A stretch of 63,863 bases of DNA, the filler included, from Vannella sp. (lineage: Eukaryota): assembly GCA_023345925.1 (NCBI GenBank). It is 6 parts of 6 records of this genome, joined end to end, with 100 filler letters (N's around TTAATTAATTAA, not from the genome) between each part and the next. Parts side by side here need not be neighbours in the genome. Positions count along the whole stretch, not along the records: positions 1 to 20,679 come from JAJQQN010000686.1; 5 more parts are not named here. The stretch is one strand, 5' to 3'. Numbering within the stretch: the first letter of the stretch is position 1; each line of letters starts with the position of its first letter. Under the pieces are notes generated by a model. It did not search any database. It was not told the origin of the DNA and saw nothing but the letters and a program-made list of their open reading frames with translations. This document shows, in pieces, positions 1 through 11,453 of this stretch. The position numbers and the translations under genes were made by a program.

Positions 1-685
1 GTTCTATATCTGAGTAGAGGTAGGGATAAACGAGCACCGGGTTCCAATGAAGAAGCGGTGATGGCCAGTCCTTAATTGTCCGAGTGAAGAGCCTTGGGCC
101 CTGATACCCCCACTCATCTCCCTTGTATTCTAAAACGAATCGCCTCATCAGTTCGAATGCCAGCGGACTGCCTTGATCGAATCTGAAGATGGCGCAGTTG
201 GTGAAAATGCCATCTTCTTTGGCGTAGCCTGGCGGGAGAGCGATGCCAGGCACCTTATAGACCAAAAAATCAGTGTCCATGTACACTCCTCCATACTTGT
301 ACACGATCGCTAGTCGCATCCCATCAACCACATTGTACTCGCTGAAGTATCCAGGGAAATCGAACCCGAAGAGAGGCGTGTCGAGGAAAATCTCGGTCAT
401 GTTGATTACGTGAGTGGTAACGGAGAAGGGGACGCGTTGGTCAGGGTGCTTGACCCAAACATGAACTGTGTCAGTTAGTTTTGAGAGTGATTCCACTGCG
501 CAGAGGGCGCTGCTCGGGATCTGGTCATAAAACAGCACGAAGTGGTGAGAGACTTCCTGTTGGGAAGGTTTCGCCACATTGTCGGGTGATTTGGAATGGG
601 AGGACTCTCTCAGGACAAAAAGTTGCAAGAAGAACAAGAGGGCGATTGCGGACACCGCAAGGCGTCCCCAGAAGATCACCCGCAT
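1..685 (-). CDS. GT32-family (A4GALT/alpha-1,4-glycosyltransferase-like) type II membrane glycosyltransferase, 3' end outside window
   Basis: Manual translation gives MRVIFWGRLAVSAIALLFFLQLFVL (signal anchor), then CAVES, DGMRLAIVYKYGGVYMDTDF (DxD motif) and WGYQGPRLFT. The frame is open to the window edge. Confidence 0.85.
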   Translation of the reverse strand, partial: MRVIFWGRLAVSAIALLFFLQLFVLRESSHSKSPDNVAKPSQQEVSHHFVLFYDQIPSSALCAVESLSKLTDTVHVWVKHPDQRVPFSVTTHVINMTEIFLDTPLFGFDFPGYFSEYNVVDGMRLAIVYKYGGVYMDTDFLVYKVPGIALPPGYAKEDGIFTNCAIFRFDQGSPLAFELMRRFVLEYKGDEWGYQGPRLFTRTIKDWPSPLLHWNPVLVYPYLYSDIE

Positions 686-2121
686 CCCGGAGGGCGACCA
701 AAAAATGGACAAACCATAATTTTCGGGACCAAATCGTGATTGTAAGGGGAGAGAGAATTGTCCGCCCTCTTACCCACACCCGCTGGCCTCCCGTGAAAAG
801 TGGCTTCAAATTCGACCGGGACCATGACGAATGAACTATTTATCTGTTGAAGGGTATTGCCAAGTAGTTATTCAATTCTTTTTTGAAAATCACTTCTTGT
901 TCGGCAACCATGTCGAGATGGTGCGTTGTCAAAAAGGCCCTTCGTCCCCAAAAAGGCATAATAAACGCTTTGTACATATCATGATATTACACTTTCCTTT
1001 ATCAGGCGTTGGAAGGGCATCACTCTGAAGATAATAGACCAAAACTGAAAGTCCAACGCTCTTTCTGCATCAAAGAGGTGTTTAGTGCAGTTTTCCGGGT
1101 TATCCAAATGATTTATGTCTTATCGTAACAGTTCCCATAAAGTAAAAAGTCTATCATTTGAAATCTCAGCGGTTCTTCGTATCTGTTGCTGGAGCAAGAC
1201 TACTGCCTTTCCCGTTCTTCGCCAATTTGGCCTTTTCCTAGAACCTCTCTTTCACTCTTTGATTGCTAGCTCGAATTTTGTTACCAAGTCACTTGAGATG
1301 AATGTTTTAGAATTTTAGGTGAGTCTACAGCCTATATGAAGATCACAGTGGCCAAAGATAATTCATTTCTTGGAACGAGACATCCACACAGCCACTGCCT
1401 TCCAGAAGTGCTCTAAAAGATCCTCTATGGCAAAATCAAATAGAAAGACATATTTTCCCAACAAGTTAACTTGGCATGGGTGATTTTATGGCAAATAATA
1501 GTGCATCATAATTTCTCGTGTTAATCGGATTTGCCAAAACACCTAACATGAATTGACAGGCAAGGGGAAAGAATAAGTCAAGACAAATCCACTAACTTTC
1601 TAATCACAGCACACCAGGAGGTGAGATTCGCTGAGCTTATTCCTTTTTGTGAGGAAACTTCCATGGTTCGGAGAGCTGCGAGTTCCAACTAGCAAAGCAA
1701 CAGTGCGTCATTTCGGGTCTTCGAGGGATACGCAACCGGGCCAACTTTGGGCATCCAGAGCAATATTCTACTACTTATCAAATAAATCTAAGGAGTCTTT
1801 CACTCTTGCAGATCCCAGTAGTTCCAGTGATCCATTTATGGTAGCTCGTTGATGAACATCACCTTTCTCGGCAAAATGATTGCTTTTGCATGTAGCTTGT
1901 TATCCAATAATGGAGAGAGTATTCGGGTGTCAACCTCTTTTTCCTATCTCTTGGAATCAATCTGTCACATCACTCATTGGACTGACCAAGAATAGCCCGT
2001 GTACTTGCTGACAACGATTGGAACGATTTTGAGTCATTAAATTATTATGACTGCATCTTTTTGAATCATAAAGTCAAAGTAAACATAGAAGAAGATGGCT
2101 CTTTATACTGCTTTGAGACTC

Positions 2122-2361
2122 TCACTTCTGAAAACCGTTTGGCCGCAAGAAATGTATCGATTTTCTCCAGACTGAACTGACCCCACAGCGTTGTAAAGCA
2201 GAAGTTGTCTGAATAAAGCGTTTGAAAGTGTTTACTACCCTAAATGGAGCACCAGACGCTTCAGGAGGTGAGTGAGGGAGTAGGTCCCGGCCTCTATGAG
2301 CGGTTCTGGCTGATCTGATGCAAAGAAACAGTTAGAACGAATGCTGCACATACCTAAACAT
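2122..2361 (-). CDS. possible small (~66 aa) basic protein, two exons
   Basis: ATG TTT AG, then an intron-like gtatgt...ctaac...catcag, then an open frame to TGA (MFRSARTAHRGRDLL...GFQK). No recognisable homology. Confidence 0.25.
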
Positions 2362-2521
2362 CGATCGAAGCCCTCCCGAAGCCCACCTCCCGATCACCCC
2401 TTGATACGAAACCCCCTTCAACAGCTAAAGGCACGCCGAGCACTTTATGCACTCGTGCCATGTTTTTGAACACTCGTGAGATAATTGCAGCTCGGGCATG
2501 CAAAACTGAACATTCTTTGTC

Positions 2522-3570
2522 ATGTCTCGCCTGGTGCCTCGGGTTCTCTCCATTCAATCTCACGTGGTCCATGGTTACGTGGGAAACAAGAGTGCAGTAT
2601 TCCCCTTGCAGTTGCTGGGGTACGATGTTGATGTGGTGAACACTGTGCAATTCTCCAACCACACTGGATACCCCGCGGGCTGGGAAGGATCGAAGCTGGA
2701 GGCGGAGGAGCTCTCCAGAGTGATGAAAGGACTCGAGAGGAATGGCTTGAGAGATTCGATCACACACATCCTCCAAGGATACTGCCCCTCCGCAAGCCTT
2801 CTGAAGGAGATCCACCAAGCTTCCATTGTGAGCGCGTATGCGGCATCTGTCGCCAGTCACTGACATTTCCACAGGAGATGAAAGCTAAGAGACCCTCAGT
2901 TACCTACTGTTCGTCCCCCCAGGACAGGATCGATCCAGCGAGAACTCATACGTGGCTTTAGTGTGCGATCCAGTCATGGGAGATAACGGGCAACTCTACG
3001 TCTCCCAAGAGCTGGTTGAAACGTACCGAGACTTGGTCATTCCATCCGCTCAAGTGGTGACTCCCAACCAATTCGAGGCTGAGTGAGTCCTTTTCACTCC
3101 CTTGTAGTCGCCTGACCACTGTTTACAGGCTCTTGACTAAGACTACGATCCATTCTCAAGACGACGCTGTCCAGGCATGTGACATTCTGCATGGGTTGGG
3201 GGTGGAAGTGGTTGTGATCACTTCGTTGTACTACGAGAAGGACGGAAACATCACTTTGATGGGGAGCTCCCGCAAAAACGACACGCTTGATCGCTTTGTG
3301 ATCCAGATGCCTTCCTTACCACACTACTACACTGGGACTGGAGATCTCTTCGGCTCTCTCCTCCTCGGTTGGACACTCAGGCACCCCGATCAGTTGTCCC
3401 TCGCCTGCGAGAAGGCTGTCGCTGGCATCCGATCCGTCATCCTCAACACAGCAGCTCACCAACAATGCCAAGAAGCCACCGGCGTCAATCGACACTCCGA
3501 ATTGCGGATCATCCAAAGCCGTCAAGACCTCGAAAGCCCCCAAATCGAATTACGGGCCATTCCCATCTAA
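2522..3570 (+). CDS. pdxK: pyridoxal kinase (3 introns)
   Basis: RVLSIQSHVVHGYVGNKSAVFPLQLLG, VQFSNHTGY, CDPVMGDNG, TPNQFEAE, YTGTGDLF; canonical GT-AG introns. Confidence 0.95.
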
Positions 3571-3614
3571 TTCTTTCACTACACTGTTCATTTGACTGTA
3601 ATGAGTCATTCTTC

Positions 3615-6398
3615 ATGGAGGTGCTGTCGGAGGCTGACGTGGTTTGGGGCCGGATCTACTTCAGTCTGGCGTCTGAAGTTACGGCCACGCAGATCCAGAC
3701 CCTGCAAGCTTGTACTATCCGGCAGGTGGTTTGTTTGTGCAGTACTCCGCGGGGGTTGAGGACTCTCCCTTCGAACTGCAAGGGGTTGAGTGTCAACACG
3801 AAGAAGCAGCCTGTGGAGCGCTCGCAGTGGATCTTCCAGTTCCCCCAGTTATACGAGGCTATCTCTGAAGGCCTCCAATTCAACAGGAGTGTTTGGATCA
3901 TCGCACAGTCCAAATCTATCGCCAAACTCGTGGTCGCTGCTTTCCTCATCGCACATGAGCATAACACGCTCTCCCAGTCCCTTCAGTCGCTACGCATCGT
4001 GAGAAACGCCATCTTGTCCGAGTCCTTGTTCTTTCAACTCCAGTTGTGGTCTGCAATGGGCGGTCATCTGGTGGAGGACCATCCCCGCTTGATCAAGTAC
4101 AAGGAGTCGCTCAGTGCCCCACGACAAACAATGGAGACTATACGTAGGAGTGAATCCTATATTGAAGCTCCCAAGCGTATCCAAGACGCTATGGGAGACA
4201 TGGCAGGTAAGAAAGTCGCTCGTTTGTGGATGATCCTCCTCACACTGCAGAAGAGGGCAACTTGGACTGCCTTTCACTTCCCCCACTGGGTAAAGAACAG
4301 AACTGGGGCTACTGCTGTATCTTTTGCGACTCCCAGGTCTTCAACACCTCCAACATTCTCCGCCACAATCCCAACACAAACTTGGCGCCGGTCCTGGTTC
4401 GTTGTGTCGTCATTCTGGTGCTCGTAACTAACCTGTTTTGAAGAGTCCAGAGTATCCTTGTAGTTTTGTGACGGTCGAGCCTCTTCGCTGGATGGATGGC
4501 GGTGAATTGTCACATGAACGCGCTGGAAGCATCTTTTGTTATGGCTGTTCCAACAAGCTTGGGGTCTTCAGTTGGGAGCCCCTTTCTTGCTCAGATTGTC
4601 AAGTCAAGTTGCCTTTCGGAATCATGATTTACATCAAATCTCTTAACTATGTTCCTCCAGGGGTAAGTTTAGACCAGCAAACACTTCATGAACTGATTTT
4701 GGAGAAGAAGCAACGCTTTGTGGATTCTTCAGGAATCAGGGCACAGTCAGAGAAAGGTGCTTCACTCCGCAAGATGATAGTAAACCCAGATAGTGAGAAA
4801 GCGGCGAATCCGAGCGACTTGCGGGTTTATACACTTGCAGTTGCCACTTCCTTTGAAAACCTTCCCAAAGTACATCAAAGGACACTCATTCAGGCTAACA
4901 TTTCCGCTGAAATAGCGAACGCCAACTGGTTGGTTGTTCAGCGCGTCCTTCTCTTTATACATCGCGTCCGAGTTCTGGATAATGAGGCCGAAGCTGAAGA
5001 GAAATCCAAATCAAAAAACTCCCAGTCTGCTGCGGGAGGAGCTCATCAGTTATCCCTAACTCTTCGAGGTTTGAGAGCATTCTCAGTTGGAACACCTTTC
5101 TGGACAATCTATGAAACAATTGCTTCTATCCAAGACGTAGATTTGGAGCAACTTGAGCGCAATAGAGACCATCCACTCATTGCTGCATACATGGAACATG
5201 TTGCACCAGACTGGAAGGAATGCGATCTTCCCCTTTTGGATGTGCATGTCCCAGAGTATCTTCAATTGGCCACAGAGTCTTTTCTCAACGCGCAGGATCC
5301 TGAAGACGTCTTCCGTGTTGGCAATAGAGCTGGAAAAGGGTAAGCCCAACTCCTTCCATTTCCTAATACTAATGAGAAACTCTCAAGAGGATATGGACAG
5401 GTTTTCAACGCCAAGGATGTCCAAAGAGACTGTGTAAGGATGCTCCCGATTCGTATCCTTTTACTCACGTTCTCCAGCGGGTGGCTCTCAAGAAGATGGA
5501 ACACATTACAAAAGGCCAAAAGCTCAGCAATTTCCGAGAGGTAGCTGCATTGGCCCTATCAGACCACCCTAATGTGGTCAAATATTTTGATTGTTATTTA
5601 TGCAAGGACGAGATTTGGGTGAGACCAGCCAGCGCCACACCCCGACTCGCACCGCCACTTATACTCACAATCGGACAGATTTCGATGCAAAACCTGGAAG
5701 TCGGTTCCCTTTCTGATGTGATGGCTTTCCACACCTTTGATGAAGAGCAAGTGGCCTTTGTGGCCCAAGAGTGTCTGAACGGGTTGAAGTTCCTTCATGA
5801 AAAGGGACTTTGCCATCGAGACATCAAGCCTGGGAACATCATGGTGACCCGCAAAGGGAACATCAAACTGAGTAGGTCTTTCTCTCGTTATGTGGGAAGA
5901 ATTCCCCTTACACTCCATTAAGTCGACTTTGGACTCTGCGATAGCACCCAAGCCATTTGGGATCGTCCGAAGATGGTCGGATCTCCCTATTGGATGCCTC
6001 CAGAGATGATATTTCACCTCCCTCAAACTGTGAAAGCGGACGTTTGGAGTTTAGCTTGCACCCTACTCCAGATGCTGGAGCCCGCCACTTTCGATTTGGG
6101 ATCTGCTATTGAAGTGAGTTCTCTACCTGATGTTCTACAGTATATTGACTGAATGTAGACGATGTTTACGGTTGCATTAACGGGGCGAGGGCCCTCTCTC
6201 ACTCGTAACAAGTCAAGGTTCAGTGATGACACTTTGGACTTTTTCCTTCAAGCGCTTGATCGTGATCCAGCTACTCGTGCATCAGTTGACCAACTACTTG
6301 CTCATCCGTTCCTACAACGCCCCCTGAAGCGCCAATGTTTGGCCGCCGTGGTGAAGCGACGAGAGGCTCCACGGAAACAAGCAGGAGGTCTCCGTTGA
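3615..6398 (+). CDS. multidomain protein: degenerate DUSP12/Yvh1-like phosphatase + Yvh1-type Zn-binding domain + PAK-like autoinhibitory segment + STE20-family kinase
   Basis: Spliced frame is continuous. Motifs: FFQLQLW; YCCIFC...CSFVTVEPLRWM...CYGCSNKLGVFSW...CSDC; LPKVHQRTLIQANIS; GKGGYG, VALKKM, HRDIKPGN, DFG, VGSPYWMPPE, ADVWS, LLAHPFL. Confidence 0.8.
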
Positions 6399-6483
6399 AA
6401 ATTGATTATTTTATCGCTATTCCAGAGGTGCTTGCGAACCAAATTATAATTATTCGTAAATGAAACATAAACATGATATTACA

Positions 6484-7020
6484 TCAAAACTCCGAGCAGG
6501 TGTTGCTCCGAACCAAGCCGACATGCGAAAGCAAGCTCCCACACAGCGAAGGATTCAACAGTGCTAACACATCCAAAGAATCGTGAAACTTGGCTTCGGC
6601 TCGAGGGGTACGTCCACATTTGTTGAGGACCAGGGTAGATGGCCGACCTCCTTGTTCAAGTAGCATTTGAGCGGCAGCTCGGTTGTTACTATCCGCAGCC
6701 CAGTGTAGGGGAGTGTTCTGTTCTGAGTCTTCTACGTTGGGATCTGCTTGTTGTTGGAGAAGGTAGCGGATGATCTCGGGAGAGCCATCTTTGCAGGCCC
6801 AATGTAAAGGAGTCTCTAAGTAGTCGTTTGTATCGTTTACATCCGCTCCGTGTTCGACAAGAAACTCAATGGTATTCATGTTTCCACCAACAACGGCAAA
6901 GTGTAAGGGGCTTGATCCATAAATCGACTTGGTTCCCACCTCATCCGCAAGAACAGCTAAAGATGCTCCCCGGCACGTTGATCGTAAAGCTGGTCGGAAA
7001 GCTCGACCCCAGGTCTCCAT
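6484..7020 (-). CDS. ankyrin-repeat protein (about 3-4 repeats)
   Basis: SPLHFAVVGG, TPLHWACKDG, TPLHWAADSN, GRTP. Confidence 0.9.
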   Translation of the reverse strand: METWGRAFRPALRSTCRGASLAVLADEVGTKSIYGSSPLHFAVVGGNMNTIEFLVEHGADVNDTNDYLETPLHWACKDGSPEIIRYLLQQQADPNVEDSEQNTPLHWAADSNNRAAAQMLLEQGGRPSTLVLNKCGRTPRAEAKFHDSLDVLALLNPSLCGSLLSHVGLVRSNTCSEF

Positions 7021-7214
7021 CCGCTGTCTGAAAAAGAATGACCTGTTCACCCGCCACTTCCGCGCAAGACGAGCGTCCACACCACGAAAATCCGAAAAAA
7101 GACCGTTTCCTTGAACCACTAAGGAATTGTGGATGCATTCAGTGTGGAATTCCTTTTTGGGGACTTACAAGTGGTGGGAAAGGGTTAATTGCATTATTCT
7201 TTCTTCAAACAGCC

Positions 7215-8468
7215 ATGGAACACGATGTTGGGGCTCTCGAGGGCCTTTTAACTCCTGGTGGGGGAATTCGGATCGCGGAGCAGGCAGCATCGAGGACGGG
7301 GATCACGGACAGGCAGACTGAGCAACTGTATGACAAGATGAGTCTGGCTCGTCGCCAAATGGTCTTCGAGCTGTTCCAGCAAGTTGCTGGCGGACTCGCC
7401 CCTCATCTGGTTTCGAGTAAACCGGCTGTTCCCTCTCAATGGCAGCTTCGTACACTGGACAGTGGTCGCTTCTTTCCCTTCCAATGGTGCAGTATCCACT
7501 TCCAGTGTCTGCCGGAGCAGGAGAGCAAGGAGAAGCTGCACGCTCTTTGCATGAGCGTGTTGGAGGTTCTTGCGCTGCCGATCTGCGCTCATACGTGCCG
7601 TTATGAGTTTCTAAGACAGTCTGGAGGTCAAGTTGTGAGTATCGCAGCTCCTTTGCACTGTTTGGAGGAGTTTGTACGAGTCCACAAGCTTGAAGGTGAC
7701 ACGGGAGACCACTTTCACCAACTGAGAGCTCTTTGGAAGAAGGAAAAGGTCAAAGAAGACTTGTTCAGACAGATGGCATTGACCATCTTCAAGTTCCGTC
7801 AGCATGGGACCGTCCCATTCATCGTTCTTCACTCTTCGGTGGATAACAAGTCCCTTTGGATCTGTTTCCGCGACTTTGAGGCCATCAGCAACGATCAATG
7901 GCTGCGTGGAATCCTCCAGATCAATGAGAGTGACAACCAGCGCTTCCATCCCGACACTCCGTTGCGGTCCACCGTTTTGGTGTCGTGGCCGACCAAGGAG
8001 CACTCTGCTGAGGTGGACCGGCCTCAATTCCTTTGTCAGAACCCCAAGTGTCTCAAAGGGGATGATCGTTTAGTGCCAGAGAGCGCTGCCGTTCCGTTCC
8101 TGACCCATGAAGGACCTCGAGAGAAACGAATGGCAGCGTTTGTGAAGCGTATGATGGGAACTATCTGGCATGAGAAGTACGAGGACCTTCTAGCTACAGA
8201 GAGGGATCAGATTTTGGTAGCTGAAGGAGCCGAGGGAGACCGAGAGCGAACACAACAAGTCCAAAGAGACCTTCTTGACAAGTACGAAGAGATGGCCAGC
8301 TCGCACGAGAGCGAACTTGCTTCTCAATGGCGCCTTGACAACTGCACTACAAAGATGAGGCGATGCTCAGCCTGCAAGAAGGTGAACTATTGCTCTTCAG
8401 ATTGCCAGAAAGCCGATTGGACCCATCACAAGATCACTTGCGGCTTACTTCAACAAGCCAAGGCATAA
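7215..8468 (+). CDS. protein with C-terminal MYND zinc finger
   Basis: RCSACKKVNYCSSDCQKADWTHHKITC; the first CxxxxC pair (CQNPKC) lies ~100 aa upstream. Intronless. Confidence 0.85.
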   Translation: MEHDVGALEGLLTPGGGIRIAEQAASRTGITDRQTEQLYDKMSLARRQMVFELFQQVAGGLAPHLVSSKPAVPSQWQLRTLDSGRFFPFQWCSIHFQCLPEQESKEKLHALCMSVLEVLALPICAHTCRYEFLRQSGGQVVSIAAPLHCLEEFVRVHKLEGDTGDHFHQLRALWKKEKVKEDLFRQMALTIFKFRQHGTVPFIVLHSSVDNKSLWICFRDFEAISNDQWLRGILQINESDNQRFHPDTPLRSTVLVSWPTKEHSAEVDRPQFLCQNPKCLKGDDRLVPESAAVPFLTHEGPREKRMAAFVKRMMGTIWHEKYEDLLATERDQILVAEGAEGDRERTQQVQRDLLDKYEEMASSHESELASQWRLDNCTTKMRRCSACKKVNYCSSDCQKADWTHHKITCGLLQQAKA

Positions 8469-8501
8469 AGAAGGAGCCAAGGTGATGTACAGCGCGTTGT
8501 T

Positions 8502-11376
8502 TTATAGGGAGAACTTGGTGACATCGGTTTGGGTCCTGAACTTGGAAGTGACCAACCGGCGTGACAAAATGGAATATCCGCGTTTGTTTCGTTTGGACTT
8601 CCGGAGTGGTTCAGACTCTGCTGATTGACTGGTAATGGGAGGAGGGGGTGGTTGGAACTTTTGTGATAGTCTCTGTTCCGCTCTTTCTCGAGCCTGTTCG
8701 GCTGCTTCCCGGAAGATGGCGGTTCGGTCTGTTCCGTCCACATCCCGAGTTCCTGACAGTTTGCGAGGAGCTGGGAGACATGTTGCGATGTCTCTTATTT
8801 CTTCCATTTCTAGGCCTTGGAAAGGAGCTATGGACTCAAAGATGATGCTCATGGCGGGGCGTTTGGCTGGTTCAGGGTCCCACGCCTGATTGAATAGTTT
8901 TTGCAGTGCTTCGGGCCACTCTTCGGGTATCTTTGGGCGGTAGCCAGCAATGACCTTCTCAGAAAGCTCCCACGAAGCAAACCCTTCTTCTTCGTAGGGG
9001 CGAATCCCCGTTAAAATCTCCCAAAGGAGAATGGCAAAGCTGAAAACGTCGACCTTTTCGTCATACTGGCGGCCCTCCAAGAGCTCAGGAGCCATATAAT
9101 GTGGTGTACCCATTGCTTTTGAGTTTCTTTGAGCGCGCAAACAGGAAATTCCAAGGTCAGCCACACAAACTTGTAAATCCGAGTCAATAAGAAGGTTATC
9201 CGCTTTCATGTCCCTATGAATGATGTTCATGCCATGCAAGTAAGCTAATGCCTCTGCAATCCGAATCCCAATAGTTATCCGGCTTTGCCAAGTTAGTTCC
9301 ACGTTTGGTTTGGAGGGAGCCAGGAAAAGGTCCGGTAAAGCCTCTTCGTTGTTCCCATAGAGGAGGTCGGTGAGATTTCCACAAGGGTAATAAGGCATAA
9401 CTATCTGATAGACGGGCTTTTTGGCATAGGCACCGTAACAGGGGATAATGGTTTCGTGATCCATTAGGCTCATAACTGCCACTTCCGTGTAGAACTCTTT
9501 CAGGTTGATAATCTCCGCATTAAATTGTTTGATAGCCACCTCTCTGCCTTGCCAAATGCCCTTATATACGGATCCTGTTGCTCCCCTTCCAAGTAGTTTC
9601 CCGATTTCGAGATCTTCAGGGGAGATCACTTGGTGGAAGGACGCTTGTCCCTTTGCGCAGAGATCCAAAAAGGCGCGCAAATACTCGTACTCCTTCTGTT
9701 GTATCAGCCGCTTGACCAGTGCAAAGAACTGCTTTGTAAATGCAGCGGATTTCAGCATTCGAGCGGATGCCATTTCTGTGTGAGGGATTGTCAGTGAGCC
9801 AGCAGTTCAATCTTGCACCCTTATTCAACTTACTGTCCAAAACACAGAGATTAGCGAGGGTCTTGGCGGCACTGAGAGCAATCTCTTCATCTGAAGAGTA
9901 CAATAAGGTTCCAATCATATCGGCACCCTCAAAGGCTTGGAATTCAGATAAAACTACTCTCATTCATCAGAGCAAGGCTAGAATGATTGGTGGAGTGAAC
10001 TTACAAGTGGATCCGAGCTCTTCAAGGGACGCTAAAACGACTTTCCGGTCGTGAGAGTGCAAGAGGAGAAGCTTCATCTCGACTGGATTGCAGGCATTAT
10101 AGAAGGTTGTGTTCAGGCGGATAGCAGAGCGGGTTTGAGCTGCTGGTGCGGAGTTGGAGTCTAGAATGGCTTTACCAATGTGACGCCTGAGTAGCTCAGG
10201 AGATATTGATGTTCCGATGGCCTCCATCTCTATACTGTCCCAGCGCTTTGATGCGAGACATTGACTAATGGAGCGGAGGAACCAAAGATCGTAGTACTCC
10301 CCTGGAAGTAATCCGTGATAATAAGCGAGTGTAGCTCCTCGGAAGGTTGAAGGAGGTGTACATAAGGGATTCTGACTAATATAAAAGCTTTGGAGATACT
10401 TGCGCAGCCTAGCAAGTGTAGGAGGGATCAAAAGAAGCCGATTCCGGCGCAAATTGAGATGAATCAAGTTACTCATACACTCTATCGAAGCAGGAAGATA
10501 TTGAAAACAGTTGGAACTTAGATCTAATGCTGTCAATCCTTTAAGCGCTGAGCACCATGAGGAAGGGAGGATAGTAAGATGGTTCCCGTGAAGGTCCAGG
10601 GTTCGTAGGTTGGACAGAGACGGAGATCCGACCAGTTTGAGCTGAGAGTCGCTGAAGAAGTCATCTGACAAGCTTTCTATATCACAACTCCAACAGTGTA
10701 GCTCCTCAAGAGCACGCAATGAACCGATTGCCTCAGGCAGTTGGACAAGCGGATTGCACGAAAGATGGAGCACTCGCAGCCTCTGCCATTGGCTGGTCTC
10801 CTCTGGGAGTGTGTGAATCTTGTTTTGGGAAAGGTCAAGGCACTCCAATCGAGTCAGAGCGAACAAAGCGGCAGGCAGTTCGGCCAAGTCATTCTGAGAA
10901 AGGTCCAGCTCCAAGAGACTGCGCAGGTCCCCCAGTGACTCGGGCAGTGACGAAAGATGTGACAGGGAAAGGTTCAGAGACATCAGAGTCTCACTCACAA
11001 GCGGAGTGAGGAGAGAGAGGAGTTGAAAGGCTCTCTCGCTCGGTACGCCTGACACGTCCAACAACTGGAGCTCCTGATACAGCCTCTCATCAATCGCAGA
11101 ACCTACCGGCACCCAAGGAGGACACCCTGCTGAAGGCGAGACCCTCAAAGGCAGCAACTGCTTCAAAGAGAGAAACTGAATGGACGCCGTACCGCCACTC
11201 CGCCAAGGAAGCAGCAGCGAAGGCGGCGCCGTCACAAACGCAAAGTTCAAGCTTGGCAAAGCAGTCAGCTTCGTCTCCAACACAGACGAGCTTCGCGGCA
11301 AGCGAGGAAGAGGACGAGAATTCGCCCCTCCGCCAGAGCGGCTCCCCTCCAAGATACCACTCAGAAGGTCGTCCAT
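8502..11376 (-). CDS. LRR + armadillo-like repeats + tyrosine-kinase-like (TKL) protein kinase
   Basis: LDLSxN LRRs; IALSAAKTLANLC; LGRGATGSVY, VAIK, HRDMKADN, DLG, GTPHYMAPE, DVFSF. ORF pieces are joined by GT-AG introns near 9780-9830 and 9957-10003. Confidence 0.85.
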
Positions 11377-11453
11377 CCCCGGCCGCCAATAAATGCCATG
11401 AAAAAGGCTTTTTTCTATTTAGGAGTGATTTTTTGGTGGCCTTGGAGAGGGCG

